Virus record (IMG/VR): IMGVR_UViG_3300045988_095743
Span: 1-42,830 of that record
Source of the DNA: a virus
Strand: one strand, 5' to 3'
Length of the DNA: 42,830 bases
Positions 7,813 through 17,339 of this stretch are shown here, piece after piece. The notes below the pieces were generated by a model. The model saw only the letters and a program-made list of their open reading frames with translations, did not search any database and was not told the DNA's origin. Every line of letters begins with the position of its first letter. The first letter of the stretch is position 1. A program made the position numbers and the translations under genes.

Positions 7813-8061
7813 TCACCCGGGATTGTACATGGTGCCGTTTTTGGCAAGTGTCCCATTATCGTCAAAAGTTTCCACATAGGTCACAGCAGTGGGGTCCGTC
7901 TGCGTGCCATCGCTGTTCTCCCAGTAAATACTTGTTGGGGAAATCACATTGCCGTCCCCTTTGTCGATGCGAACAATGCCGTCCATAAAAGCATCGTAGA
8001 CCTGTTGAGCGGTTGCCTCAGCATCGCCAAGCCACAAACTATACGTTACAGTAATCGCCAT
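7813..8061 (-). CDS. Hypothetical protein (82 aa)
   Basis: Clean ORF whose start directly follows the upstream stop. Confidence 0.6.
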   Translation of the reverse strand: MAITVTYSLWLGDAEATAQQVYDAFMDGIVRIDKGDGNVISPTSIYWENSDGTQTDPTAVTYVETFDDNGTLAKNGTMYNPG

Positions 8062-8062
8062 C

Positions 8063-8242
8063 TTATTTTTTCTCCTTCCGTTGGAACACCGTTACCTGTG
8101 CGGACGGGTTTTGGCTATTGCCACCCAGTCCGGCTTTTTCGGCGGACATCCTCTTTGCCTCGTTCCCGTCCACTAGGATAATGCTGGCATCCTGCGGAAG
8201 CTCTTCCAGCTCAACTAACTCTGTTACCCTGCGAAGTTCCAT
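8063..8242 (-). CDS. Small hypothetical protein (59 aa)
   Basis: AAGGAGG lies 4 nt before ATG 8242. It fills the gap between two called genes. Confidence 0.45.
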   Translation of the reverse strand: MELRRVTELVELEELPQDASIILVDGNEAKRMSAEKAGLGGNSQNPSAQVTVFQRKEKK

Positions 8243-8251
8243 AATACCTCC

Positions 8252-9043
8252 TTACCACCAAAGAACATTTCCGTTTTCATCTGCCAAAACAGCGCCGCTG
8301 CCATCTTCGACAGCCGCCAGCAGTCTATTTTCAGCCAATACATCCAGGATATCAGAGACCATCAGCTGGTCCGGCTGCCACCGAGCCCCGTCCGCCGTGC
8401 GGACCACGATGTCCCCCGGGTCTCCGCCGGGCGGCAGGCTGCCGTCAATGGCGATGGGCAGGCCCGTGTCCCGGTACGCCCCATCCTGCCAGATGAGCCA
8501 GGTCTGGGTCTCCTCGTTAATGCGGGGCGGGTGCTCCGTGGCATCCTGGGCGGCCATGGCCGCGCCCGCCGCCGCATCCGCCGAGCCCTTCGCCGCCTTG
8601 GCGGCGTCCTCTGCGGCTTTCTGCGCCTCCTGGGCATTCTTGGCCCCCTGCTGGGCCGCTGCGGCGTCCTTGCCTGCCTGGTCCAGCCAGCCCTGCTGCA
8701 CCTCGCCGGGGTCCCCGCAGGCGCAGAGGGAAGGCGCCACCAGCGTCCGCCAGGTCTGGGACTTGGCCAGCGTGTCCCCCACGTAGTAAGATAGCTGCAC
8801 GTCGCCCCAGCCGGGCTTGTCCACGTCGGCGGCCCGCAGCACCCAGACCGCCGTGTCCTCCTCCTGCGTCACGCCGCAGGGATAGGGCTCCGCGTCCCCC
8901 GCCCGCTTGGCGCAGAGGCTCACGGCGCCGTCGCCGTAAGCCGCCCGCCAGGCCCGGAGGTCGAAGACCACCTGTCGGGCCAGCGTCTCACCCTTGCGCC
9001 CCAGCGCCAGGTGAACGCCGGGATGGGCATAGATACTCTGCAT
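8252..9043 (-). CDS. Hypothetical late/structural protein with an Ala-rich coiled segment (263 aa)
   Basis: The start was moved to ATG 9043, behind AAGGAGG. The longer form from 9208 overlaps the neighbouring gene. Confidence 0.65.
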   Translation of the reverse strand: MQSIYAHPGVHLALGRKGETLARQVVFDLRAWRAAYGDGAVSLCAKRAGDAEPYPCGVTQEEDTAVWVLRAADVDKPGWGDVQLSYYVGDTLAKSQTWRTLVAPSLCACGDPGEVQQGWLDQAGKDAAAAQQGAKNAQEAQKAAEDAAKAAKGSADAAAGAAMAAQDATEHPPRINEETQTWLIWQDGAYRDTGLPIAIDGSLPPGGDPGDIVVRTADGARWQPDQLMVSDILDVLAENRLLAAVEDGSGAVLADENGNVLWW

Positions 9044-9053
9044 ACCCGCCTCC

Positions 9054-9350
9054 TTACCGCAGCACCCTGCGGCCCTCGACGGCGTACCAGTCGCCCTTGA
9101 GGCAAACGAAGGCGGGCATCTCGCCGCAGTCGCAGTCCACCAGCTCATCGTCCCGGACCTGCACGGGGTCCAGGGTGCCGGTGCCGGTGTCCAGCAGGCC
9201 CCAGCCATCGGCGATCATCTCCGGCGTCAGCCGGGGGCGGTCCGGGTCCACCAGGATGGGGTGGCCCAGCTCCCGAAGACGCCGGTTGCACTCCTCCAGG
9301 GTGATGCCGCCCTGGGCGTAGGCGTTGACGGTCTCAGTAACCTTGCTCAT
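9054..9350 (-). CDS. Hypothetical protein (98 aa)
   Basis: ATG behind GAGAGGAG. Confidence 0.6.
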   Translation of the reverse strand: MSKVTETVNAYAQGGITLEECNRRLRELGHPILVDPDRPRLTPEMIADGWGLLDTGTGTLDPVQVRDDELVDCDCGEMPAFVCLKGDWYAVEGRRVLR

Positions 9351-9666
9351 GCTCTCGCTCCTCTCTCACATCCCGCCGCCGCTGATGAGCCAGGCGGCAA
9401 AGGCCCCCCGCCAGAGCCGCCAGCAGCGTGCTCACAATGCTGTCCCAGCGCTTGCCGGGCCGGGCCGCCAGGCCCTTGACATCCTCCTTGATCTCCGCCA
9501 GGTCCTGCTTGACATGCCCCTGCTCGTTGGCCAGCTCCCGCACGGAGGAGGTCAACTCCAGCAAGGCCTTCTGGTCTGCCTCCAGCTTCTTGATCCGCCC
9601 CTCGTTGCGCCGGGAGCGGTCATCCACCTCCTGCAGCCGCCGCACATACTCAGTCTCGTTCTCCAT
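9334..9666 (-). CDS. XhlA-like protein (coiled coil plus C-terminal membrane anchor); the C-terminus may be frameshifted
   Basis: GAGGAGG RBS. The coiled coil is followed by KRWDSIVSTLLAALAGG. The frame then becomes Arg-rich after a C6 run at 9404-9409. Confidence 0.55.
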   Translation of the reverse strand: MENETEYVRRLQEVDDRSRRNEGRIKKLEADQKALLELTSSVRELANEQGHVKQDLAEIKEDVKGLAARPGKRWDSIVSTLLAALAGGLCRLAHQRRRDVREEREHEQGY

Positions 9667-9683
9667 GGGTCACCTCCTCAAAA

Positions 9684-10448
9684 TTATCGGATCCTCTCGA
9701 TGCGCACGCATCCCGCGCCGCCGGACCCCGCACCCAGCCAGCCGGTATAGTAGGCGTCGTTGCGGACTGCGGTCGGCTTGCCGCCTCCTCCGCCGTAGCC
9801 GCCTCCGCCTCCGGCCCCGGAGTAGTAGCCCTTGGTACTGCCAACATAATACAGATTGCCGTTGGCTCCGCTGCCGGCCCCGCGGCTGCCGGTCCTGCCG
9901 TTGCTGGTATGTGTGTTGCCGGACTCGGACAGCGCATATCCGCCATCGCCTCCGTCCCCGCCGAAGAGGCCCGCCCCTCCGGCTGCACTTACCGCCTCGT
10001 CGTCCCGCAGGCCTGCCGCTCCGCCGACGGAGCGGAGACTGGCGTCATAGATGCCGTCCGGCGGCGTGACGTCCGGAGTTTCGGTCCCGTTGCTAGGAAA
10101 TGCCACCACGCCAGAGCCGGTAACGGCCCCCGCCGTCTTGCCGCTGCCTCTGGCGGCGGAGATCAAAGCGCTCCCGCCGTAAGAGAGTGTGCTGGCCATA
10201 TCCGAAATGGTAGCCGTCAGCACTGCTCCCGCCGGGAGATACTTGTCCAGATATCCGCCGCCGCCTGCACCTCCGGGAGCAGGGGTGGAGAGCGGAGCGG
10301 AATCGTCTCCGTATCCGCCGGCGCCGTGTCCGATGGCGGTAATGCGGTACCATCCGGCATAGGGGACGGTATAGGTGCCGCTCTCCGTCAGGAGCGCCAG
10401 AACCGGCCGGAACTGGGCGGACATGCCGCCCACACTGAGCTGTCCCAT
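9684..10448 (-). CDS. Glycine-rich tail-fibre-type protein (254 aa)
   Basis: GGGAGGTGAGGGG RBS. Contains GGAGGGG and GGGGGYGGGGG tracts. Confidence 0.65.
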   Translation of the reverse strand: MGQLSVGGMSAQFRPVLALLTESGTYTVPYAGWYRITAIGHGAGGYGDDSAPLSTPAPGGAGGGGYLDKYLPAGAVLTATISDMASTLSYGGSALISAARGSGKTAGAVTGSGVVAFPSNGTETPDVTPPDGIYDASLRSVGGAAGLRDDEAVSAAGGAGLFGGDGGDGGYALSESGNTHTSNGRTGSRGAGSGANGNLYYVGSTKGYYSGAGGGGGYGGGGGKPTAVRNDAYYTGWLGAGSGGAGCVRIERIR

Positions 10449-10452
10449 CCCC

Positions 10453-11001
10453 TCACCTCCCGATGGTCACCTGCAGCTTGATGGCCGCAGTGGGCTTGTT
10501 GACGACCCTGCAGTAGAGATAGCCGTTCTGGCGGCACCCCACGTAGGCCCCCGGCTCCTGCAGGCAGGCGAAGGCCTCGTCGTTGGCCTGGGACCCGCTC
10601 TCGCTGCGCACCGGGTCTACCCGTGTCCGGGTGTCATCCGTGGTCAGGAGGCCCGCCACCGCCACGCTCTGGGTGTACCCGCCGGTGACGGCCGTCCATC
10701 CGGAGACCGTCAGCGTCGCCTGGATGGGCTTGCGCAGGATCCCCGCCAGGGCCTGGTTGACGGTCGGGTCCCCCGTGAGCCCCAGCTTGCTGGCCGTGGT
10801 ATCATCCAGCAGATTGGCCTTATTCAGATAGGTAGGTTTCTGCTCCCACCCGGCGTCGTTCAGACCGTTCAGGTCGATGGGCAGAGTTCCTTCCACAAGA
10901 GCCGCGGCAAACGCCTCATAGTCAGGATACAGCGTAAGGAAATTTGCTACCGATTTTAGATACCGGCTGTTGCCGTTCGCTTTGCTGATTCCGTCTTTCA
11001 C
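10453..11001 (-). CDS. Tail-fibre-associated protein (182 aa)
   Basis: The GTG start overlaps the upstream stop (GTGA). Assigned by position within the fibre cluster. Confidence 0.6.
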   Translation of the reverse strand: MKDGISKANGNSRYLKSVANFLTLYPDYEAFAAALVEGTLPIDLNGLNDAGWEQKPTYLNKANLLDDTTASKLGLTGDPTVNQALAGILRKPIQATLTVSGWTAVTGGYTQSVAVAGLLTTDDTRTRVDPVRSESGSQANDEAFACLQEPGAYVGCRQNGYLYCRVVNKPTAAIKLQVTIGR

Positions 11002-12296
11002 ACTTCACCACATCCAATCTCACCGCACCCCCACCAGGAGGAGAGCATTTTTGTGATGGCACTGTCCAACTGGGACAGCATCCTCTCAATGTCGTTAGCC
11101 TTCTCGACGGTCAGGCCGTCGCTTTTCCCGGTGGCAGAGGGATAAATTCGCGTAGGGACTTCCGGCAGGCTCGACAGCTCCCCAACGGCCCCACGGATCG
11201 TGGATACGTCCGCCAGGTATTTTTGCAGCTGTGCTGCCGTCGGTTTATCCCCCGTCTTCCAATCCGTCTTGGGCGTGACATTGACGGCATATCCGTAGTT
11301 ATTGATTCGGTCCCGGAGATACACAATTGCATTGCCGACACGGTTCAGGTCGCTGACGTTATACGCGCCCCGCATTTCAGCCTGCGCCCATTCGATCTTT
11401 TCGGCTGCGGTAAGCCCATTATATCCCTTTGCATGGAGCTCCTGCCACCGCGCGAGATCTGCCGCCGTCCGGTCCGTGATAAGATACATCCGCGTTGTCA
11501 CGGAAACCGCCGTGCTTTGTGCGCTCTCTCCTGCGGCATTGTACGCAGACACGGTCAGCAGAACTCTCCCGTACACAGTGGGCTGCACCATAACGGTTGT
11601 CCTGCCCGGCACCGTTGCCAGGAGTGTTCCATTCTGGTACACCTTGTACCCTTCCGCCCACTTTGCTGCATCCCAAGCCAGTGTTACGCCGTCCTTGCTC
11701 TCTTCGGCGACCATAAGTCCGGTAGGCGCCTTCGGGGCCGGATCAGGGACGGAGGCCGTGGAATCCGTAAACGGGATGTTGGCGTCGCACCAGGCCGCCG
11801 TGGGCTCATACCCGGCCCCAAAGGCGTCCGTGAGATCCACCAACATCAAGCCATCAAACCACATGGTCCCGGCAGTATTTGCATTGTTGTAATCAATGCG
11901 CATTTCATACGATCCGGCAGAAAAGCTGCTGCGGTCCACCACCGTGGAGCAGACATTCCACTGCCCAGCCGGGCCGGATTGCCCTGCCAGCATCGAAGGC
12001 TCCGCAATGGGCCAATAGATGTCCGTGGACCCCGCGGCCTCCTCCTGGTAGGTCTCCACCCGCACATAGTACTTGTGGGTGGGGACCAGCGTCGGCTTTA
12101 CAACGCCCCCGGAGTTGCGCAGAGTATACGTCCGCTCAAATACGGAGGTATCGCCCTTCATCTGGAGGGAATTCGAGCCGTATTTTGCCCGCGCGGTAGC
12201 AATGTAGGTATAGGCTTTTTCGGCTGTTGTCAGATTCCACGTCCCACTCTCAAAGCTGCCGATACTCCCCACCAGGTTGGTGATCGTTACGCTCAC
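10998..12296 (-). CDS. Receptor-binding/tail-fibre protein with a CBM-like N-terminus and an FN3-like segment (432 aa)
   Basis: GTG start. The segment APTGLMVAEESKDGVTLAWDAAKWAEGYKVYQNG...SAYNAAGES is FN3-like. Confidence 0.65.
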   Translation of the reverse strand: MSVTITNLVGSIGSFESGTWNLTTAEKAYTYIATARAKYGSNSLQMKGDTSVFERTYTLRNSGGVVKPTLVPTHKYYVRVETYQEEAAGSTDIYWPIAEPSMLAGQSGPAGQWNVCSTVVDRSSFSAGSYEMRIDYNNANTAGTMWFDGLMLVDLTDAFGAGYEPTAAWCDANIPFTDSTASVPDPAPKAPTGLMVAEESKDGVTLAWDAAKWAEGYKVYQNGTLLATVPGRTTVMVQPTVYGRVLLTVSAYNAAGESAQSTAVSVTTRMYLITDRTAADLARWQELHAKGYNGLTAAEKIEWAQAEMRGAYNVSDLNRVGNAIVYLRDRINNYGYAVNVTPKTDWKTGDKPTAAQLQKYLADVSTIRGAVGELSSLPEVPTRIYPSATGKSDGLTVEKANDIERMLSQLDSAITKMLSSWWGCGEIGCGEV

Positions 12297-12298
12297 TT

Positions 12299-13756
12299 TT
12301 ACACCCCCAGACTATCGCAACGAGCGGCGATGGTGTTGGACAGCGCAATCTCCATCCGGATGACGTTTCCGGTGTTGGTTTCGCCCCACGGGTTTGGTAA
12401 CTTCACGCAGTCTCCCAGCTTCTCTTCGGCCCAAACGATTTTGGCAGTGTGGGTATTCCGGCGTGCATAGTAGTTATATACCCTCTGGGTCACTGCCTGT
12501 CCGATAGACGGAGATACCAGCGTAGCACCCGTGACTTCCACCACATTCTCCTTGTCCGTCGCCGTGACCCCCGGATTCTTAATGCTGTACGTCCGGGTCT
12601 CGTCCGCATATTTCTTGGAGCCGACAGTGATGCTGCCGTTGGCGCTTTCGGTGTAGGTATGTGCGACAACACGGACCTCAGTCACGATAGATGCCGTTTT
12701 TACCTCTACCCCGCTGTACACCCTATTTGCATCTACCGTTGTGGGCGTAGATGCCGGCGCAAAGATGCGGATCTTCTCGGTTCCATCCGTGGCGGCGCAG
12801 ACGCCCCAGGCAAACAACAGCTGCTGCAGAGCCTCTTTCCGGGTGCAAGGAGCAATGATCCCGGTCAGAGTGGTATCCGCCACCCCGGAATACTCCGTGC
12901 CAAAAATGCCGCCCAGAATCTCCGTCAAAATGGCCTTGGCGGATTTCCCGGAATAGACGCCGCCGGGGAACTGGCTATCTCCCAGCACCCCGATTGCATC
13001 CTTGCATTCGATGTCGTAGAGCCTTGCCCCCCGGCGGCTGGATCTGTCGATGTAAAATACACCTACAAGGTCACCATCATTGCGGACCTCCATCGGCTGT
13101 TTGAGCTGGAACATATACTCAGCGTCTTTCTTGCTGTCCAGTGTCCAGCGGAACGTGGATGCCGCCAGCCGCGAAGACAGCAGGTCTGTTTCCGCCACAA
13201 TGGAGGCGCTGCGGAATTCCTCCGCGTCGAAATACCGCCAGACACCAAAAAGGATGCGCTCCAGTTTGGCGTAGTGGTATGGGAGGTTGGTCTTCTTCAA
13301 ATCGATTTGCACGCCGTCAAATGCTTCTACAGCATTTTCGCAGAAATAGGTACTTTGGTCGGGGTAAAACGTCTTTGTTGCCTTTGTCACACCGCCTTGG
13401 ACCCACCGGATACTGACCTCACTGCACCACTCGCCCCCGGCGGTATCAAACAGCAGCATGATTCCCATCGATGAGTACTGCTGGTGGAAAGAGATCTGGA
13501 TGCTCGGAGGAGACGAAAACACGCCGTCCGCCCCAGACTGCCCCGAAGACCACAGGGCGATGCGCTGTGTGTCCTTCGGCCACCGTTTGCCATCCAGCGG
13601 CCAGCCATTTGGCTCGCAGGTCAGGATCGGCTGAGGCGTAATTCCCGCCAGCAGCTCACCTGCCTCGGAGGCAACATCAGCCCCGGAAGTCTCGACAATT
13701 GCATTATCTTCTGCGCCAATGGCAACGTCCTTGTAGCAGATGATCGTCTTGCTCAC
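12299..13756 (-). CDS. Tail-tip protein (Tal-like, 485 aa)
   Basis: The GTG start overlaps the upstream stop. Second gene after the tape measure. Confidence 0.6.
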   Translation of the reverse strand: MSKTIICYKDVAIGAEDNAIVETSGADVASEAGELLAGITPQPILTCEPNGWPLDGKRWPKDTQRIALWSSGQSGADGVFSSPPSIQISFHQQYSSMGIMLLFDTAGGEWCSEVSIRWVQGGVTKATKTFYPDQSTYFCENAVEAFDGVQIDLKKTNLPYHYAKLERILFGVWRYFDAEEFRSASIVAETDLLSSRLAASTFRWTLDSKKDAEYMFQLKQPMEVRNDGDLVGVFYIDRSSRRGARLYDIECKDAIGVLGDSQFPGGVYSGKSAKAILTEILGGIFGTEYSGVADTTLTGIIAPCTRKEALQQLLFAWGVCAATDGTEKIRIFAPASTPTTVDANRVYSGVEVKTASIVTEVRVVAHTYTESANGSITVGSKKYADETRTYSIKNPGVTATDKENVVEVTGATLVSPSIGQAVTQRVYNYYARRNTHTAKIVWAEEKLGDCVKLPNPWGETNTGNVIRMEIALSNTIAARCDSLGV

Positions 13757-14148
13757 GGTCTCACCTGCGCTTCCATTGGGATAAAGTTGACCTCGATCTC
13801 TCCCCAGTAATTGGCCCCATTCTCCACCTTTTCCAGGTCCTGCGTTGCGCTGGTGTAGTACGCCTCGTAGGAGATGGAGGTCTGCCCGTCAGCGGCCTCT
13901 AGGAGGACGGAATCGTCCACGCTGTGTTGGTACAGGTAATCCCAAAACTCGTCAAGACCAGCGTAGTTGTTGCCCCGGCGGAAGACGGTGATCTTGTGCC
14001 CCAGGTAGGTGCCGATGATGTCCCGGATCATCCGGCCCGTCATGGCGCGGCCCGCATTTTCGCCGTCTAAGACGTTGAAATTGCGGTTGTACTTGGAGAT
14101 GGCAACATCAGCGTCAAAGCTGCGGCCGTTGAGCTTGATATACCCCAT
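13753..14148 (-). CDS. Distal-tail-type protein (131 aa)
   Basis: Immediately downstream of the tape measure gene. Assigned by position only. Confidence 0.5.
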   Translation of the reverse strand: MGYIKLNGRSFDADVAISKYNRNFNVLDGENAGRAMTGRMIRDIIGTYLGHKITVFRRGNNYAGLDEFWDYLYQHSVDDSVLLEAADGQTSISYEAYYTSATQDLEKVENGANYWGEIEVNFIPMEAQVRP

Positions 14149-14149
14149 A

Positions 14150-16303
14150 TCACACCCCCGTAAGGCTCACGCCGATGCGGTTGCCTTCGGCCTTGTTGAG
14201 CTGGTACACCACCCGGCCCAGAACATCTCGGTCAAGCATCAGGACCGCCTCATTTTTCCCGCCAAGAGCACTCAGTTCCTCCCGGAGGAGCTGCCGGAGC
14301 TTTGCGTCCGGGACCTCGTAGTTGTTTCCGCTCCGCTGGTCACCCAGCACGGCCAGAAACTCCCGGTTAGGCGGGATAACAGCGCCACGGGCCAGGGCGG
14401 GGATAGTGTTTACGGAGATGGGAAAACTTGCCGACTGTCTAGCCCCTCCGCTTGCGGAGGAAAAAGAGCTGCCCGCATTGGAAACTTCCGCTTTCGCTCC
14501 GGAAAACTGCGATTTGATCCAGTTAACAGCGCTTGTGACCCACTTTTTTACTGTTTCAAATGCGCTCTTAAGACCATCCAAAAACCCATCCATGAAGTCT
14601 CGCCCAAAACTTGCCCAATACTCTTTTTTAAAATATTCGGCACAATTTGAGTTCCACCATTGCTTGATGCCGCTCCACACTTCCGCAAATTTTTCTTTGA
14701 TGGCGTTCCAATTCAGGATCGCTTCCCCGACGCCCAGCGCAGCTCCGCCCGCTGCCATCAGGCCAAGGCCAAGCGGAATTTTTACGCCAGTCAGCACAAA
14801 GAGAAGGCCTAACACCAAAAGGGATGCCCCAACAATCTGAAAAATCTTTCCGATTGCTGTTTGCACATTAGACGTAATTGCGTCCCAGTTGAGAGCGGCG
14901 CTGCCTACCGCCAGAACGGCGGCTCCGGCAACCATCATCCCAATGCCCAACGCAACTTTAACGCCGGAAAACGCCAGAATTGCGCCGATTACCAGAAGAC
15001 TAGCGCCGATAACCGTTAAGACTTTGCCAATGGATTCCGCAAGGGTATCCCGCATGGTATCCCAGTTTGCTGCCGTAACTGCCGCAAGGCCAATGGCCCC
15101 AGCAAGAATCATGCCGATACCAACCGGGATATTTGCACCGCTGAACGCCAGCAATGCGCCGAAAACCAGGAGAACGGTGCTGGTAATCGCTACAGCGTCG
15201 CCAATTGCGCCACGTAACAGATTTTTGATAACATCCCAGTTTGTGGATACAGCGTCCCAGATGGCGAGAGCGCCCAGAGCCATGAGAGAAAGGCCAAGCG
15301 GTACATTTGCCCCAGAAAACGCCAGGATTGCGCCCAGGGAAAGCAGCGCCGCACCCGTGAAGAGCTCCAGAAGAGCGCTCAAAGAGCTACTTACCATGTT
15401 TTTAAAATCCGGAACAACACCGCTAGAAGATCCGCCGCCACTGCCAGAACTATCGCTGGACAGTTTATTGATTTCGTCAAACGACGCCAAGGACCCCTTT
15501 GCCTTTTTGGCGGCGCTCCCAACGCCTTTCAGCGCCTTTTGCTGTTCATACAGGTTTTCCGCCGCTTTCGCCGATTCCTCGGCGGTCGTCCCGAAAAGCA
15601 TGGAAAGCAACCTGGAAATAGCGTTTACAACCCGGGTAATTACATCTACGAGAACAGTAAAAGCCGGGATAACTACGTTTACAATCGGCTGCGCCAGCGT
15701 CATAAGGGCGGCTTTCAGCTTTGCGATGGACGCCATAGCGTCCTCGTTTGTTTGGATGGCACTCCACATGTAATCCTTCAGGGAGCGCAAGGCCTTTGTA
15801 ATCAAAGAGAAAACGAGCACACGGCGGGCCAGAACCTTGATTCGGTTGGTAAATTGCTCCATGTGCTTACTTGCCGCTTCCGCAGCAGGGGAAATGCCTC
15901 GGGTCTCGTTTTTGGCTTGAGCAAGGCGCTCCGCATAGCCGCCCGCTTCATCCTTCATCCGGTTTAATGCCGTCGTATCGTTTTGAATTGCTTTATCCAT
16001 GTTTTGCAGGCTTTTATCGGCGGCGTCATATTCTTTTTGCAGGCTCTTTACCGTCCGCTCCTGCTCTTTTACCGATTCTGCGGTAAAAAATTCTTTGCCC
16101 GATTGCATCTGGTCCAATTTGGCTTTTGCGGCGTCAAGATTTGCGGCAAGCTGCTTTGTCTGCTCAACAAGCGGCATTTTCTCCTGCTTTTTATCTGCGA
16201 TCTTATTATTAAGGGCGTCGATTTTCTTACTAAGTCTATTAAGCTCAGTTTGCGCCTGCTTATCGTCGATTTCAGCGCCGATAATTACGGAACCGTCGGC
16301 CAT
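14150..16303 (-). CDS. Tape measure protein (717 aa)
   Basis: Long coiled-coil N-terminus and four hydrophobic repeats of about 58 aa (AFSGANVPLG, AFSGANIPVG, AFSGVKVALG, VLTGVKIPLG). Position after the chaperone genes. Confidence 0.85.
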   Translation of the reverse strand: MADGSVIIGAEIDDKQAQTELNRLSKKIDALNNKIADKKQEKMPLVEQTKQLAANLDAAKAKLDQMQSGKEFFTAESVKEQERTVKSLQKEYDAADKSLQNMDKAIQNDTTALNRMKDEAGGYAERLAQAKNETRGISPAAEAASKHMEQFTNRIKVLARRVLVFSLITKALRSLKDYMWSAIQTNEDAMASIAKLKAALMTLAQPIVNVVIPAFTVLVDVITRVVNAISRLLSMLFGTTAEESAKAAENLYEQQKALKGVGSAAKKAKGSLASFDEINKLSSDSSGSGGGSSSGVVPDFKNMVSSSLSALLELFTGAALLSLGAILAFSGANVPLGLSLMALGALAIWDAVSTNWDVIKNLLRGAIGDAVAITSTVLLVFGALLAFSGANIPVGIGMILAGAIGLAAVTAANWDTMRDTLAESIGKVLTVIGASLLVIGAILAFSGVKVALGIGMMVAGAAVLAVGSAALNWDAITSNVQTAIGKIFQIVGASLLVLGLLFVLTGVKIPLGLGLMAAGGAALGVGEAILNWNAIKEKFAEVWSGIKQWWNSNCAEYFKKEYWASFGRDFMDGFLDGLKSAFETVKKWVTSAVNWIKSQFSGAKAEVSNAGSSFSSASGGARQSASFPISVNTIPALARGAVIPPNREFLAVLGDQRSGNNYEVPDAKLRQLLREELSALGGKNEAVLMLDRDVLGRVVYQLNKAEGNRIGVSLTGV

Positions 16304-16316
16304 CGTATCACCTGCC

Positions 16317-16865
16317 TTAAATCCAACTGCTGATTATTTCTTCGTCTTCCGCAGTGTACTTTCTCTCAAAATCCACCAAATCACGATTGTTTCTGTAGAA
16401 CTCCTGCTCAGACTTATCTAGCTTCTTCCCTTTTGCCTTCTTACCGCGGATCGCAACTACCTGGGCAAAGGTACAATCCCCGATTTCGGAGTAAGCGCTT
16501 AACCATGTAAACCAGTGGACGTACTTTTCCGCCCGGACCTCCGTCCCAAGAACACGGTTGACGGGAGCAACGATGAGGGGGAAATCTTGCTGCCAATCCA
16601 TCAGCTTCGGGCCCTGCTTTTGAGGCTTGGTCTCCTTTCCGCCGTTGATGAAAATCACGCACTGCCGCAAAGCCTCTTCATAGTCGCTTTGCGGCATTTC
16701 CCGAAACGCCGGATAAAAAATATCCAGTGTTACTTCCGCTTTGTCCTCGTCCGTCAATTCGGCATCGGAAAACGCCTCAATGATGGTGAGGATATCTCGG
16801 TAGTCCGATCTGATAGCGTATTCCGTCCCGTTGATCTCAACGGTTGTCGGCAGGCTGTACCTCAT
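16317..16865 (-). CDS. Phage Gp15-like tail-assembly protein (182 aa)
   Basis: Position before the tape measure. The N-terminal pattern INGTEY.IRSDYRDIL.I resembles the Gp15 family. Confidence 0.6.
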   Translation of the reverse strand: MRYSLPTTVEINGTEYAIRSDYRDILTIIEAFSDAELTDEDKAEVTLDIFYPAFREMPQSDYEEALRQCVIFINGGKETKPQKQGPKLMDWQQDFPLIVAPVNRVLGTEVRAEKYVHWFTWLSAYSEIGDCTFAQVVAIRGKKAKGKKLDKSEQEFYRNNRDLVDFERKYTAEDEEIISSWI

Positions 16866-17296
16866 TTATGGTATTTCTTGGTGTACCGTGCCACCCGGGG
16901 ATTTGTAGCTTTCTGCTCCCGGGCAAATGCGGTGTCTACCTCGTCCATGATGGCAAGCATCAGATTTGCCCACACGGGAAGCCCGTCCGCCAGAGCGTAC
17001 ACGTTCATTTCACCAAACAGCGCAGCGCAGATATCAAAGCCAAACACTTCGCCTATAATTTCCCGCATTTCCTCATCCATCTTGCGGGCAATCTCAAAAA
17101 CTTCCCGCTTATTGCCGGTCTTTTCGACTTCTGCCTTATACGCTTCCTGCTTTTTGTCCAGCGTATCAAACGCCGTAAACAGCTTTTCCACGAAAACGCT
17201 ATCGGTGGGGTTGAAGACGATATCACAGGTCTTTCCGTCGGACGTTTCAAGCGTCTTCTGGACGACGCCGGAGTTGATCAAAATCGTTTCTGCCAT
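16862..17296 (-). CDS. Tail assembly chaperone (144 aa)
   Basis: AGGAGGAG RBS. Acidic protein located between the major tail and Gp15-like genes. Confidence 0.6.
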   Translation of the reverse strand: MAETILINSGVVQKTLETSDGKTCDIVFNPTDSVFVEKLFTAFDTLDKKQEAYKAEVEKTGNKREVFEIARKMDEEMREIIGEVFGFDICAALFGEMNVYALADGLPVWANLMLAIMDEVDTAFAREQKATNPRVARYTKKYHK

Positions 17297-17339
17297 ATTC
17301 TCCTCCTAATTGGGGCGGGCAGAGCCCGCCCCGCTGTCG

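Noticed and set aside
11223-13474. Plus-strand ORFs of 415 and 341 aa (similar ORFs at 33795..34811 and 9428..10069)
   Set aside because: They are shadows of tail-fibre and recombination genes. Their composition is typical of off-frame GC-rich sequence.
16862-17296. Programmed -1 frameshift joining the two tail-chaperone genes
   Set aside because: No X XXY YYZ slippery heptamer lies near the 3' end. The downstream gene has its own ATG in an ATGA overlap.
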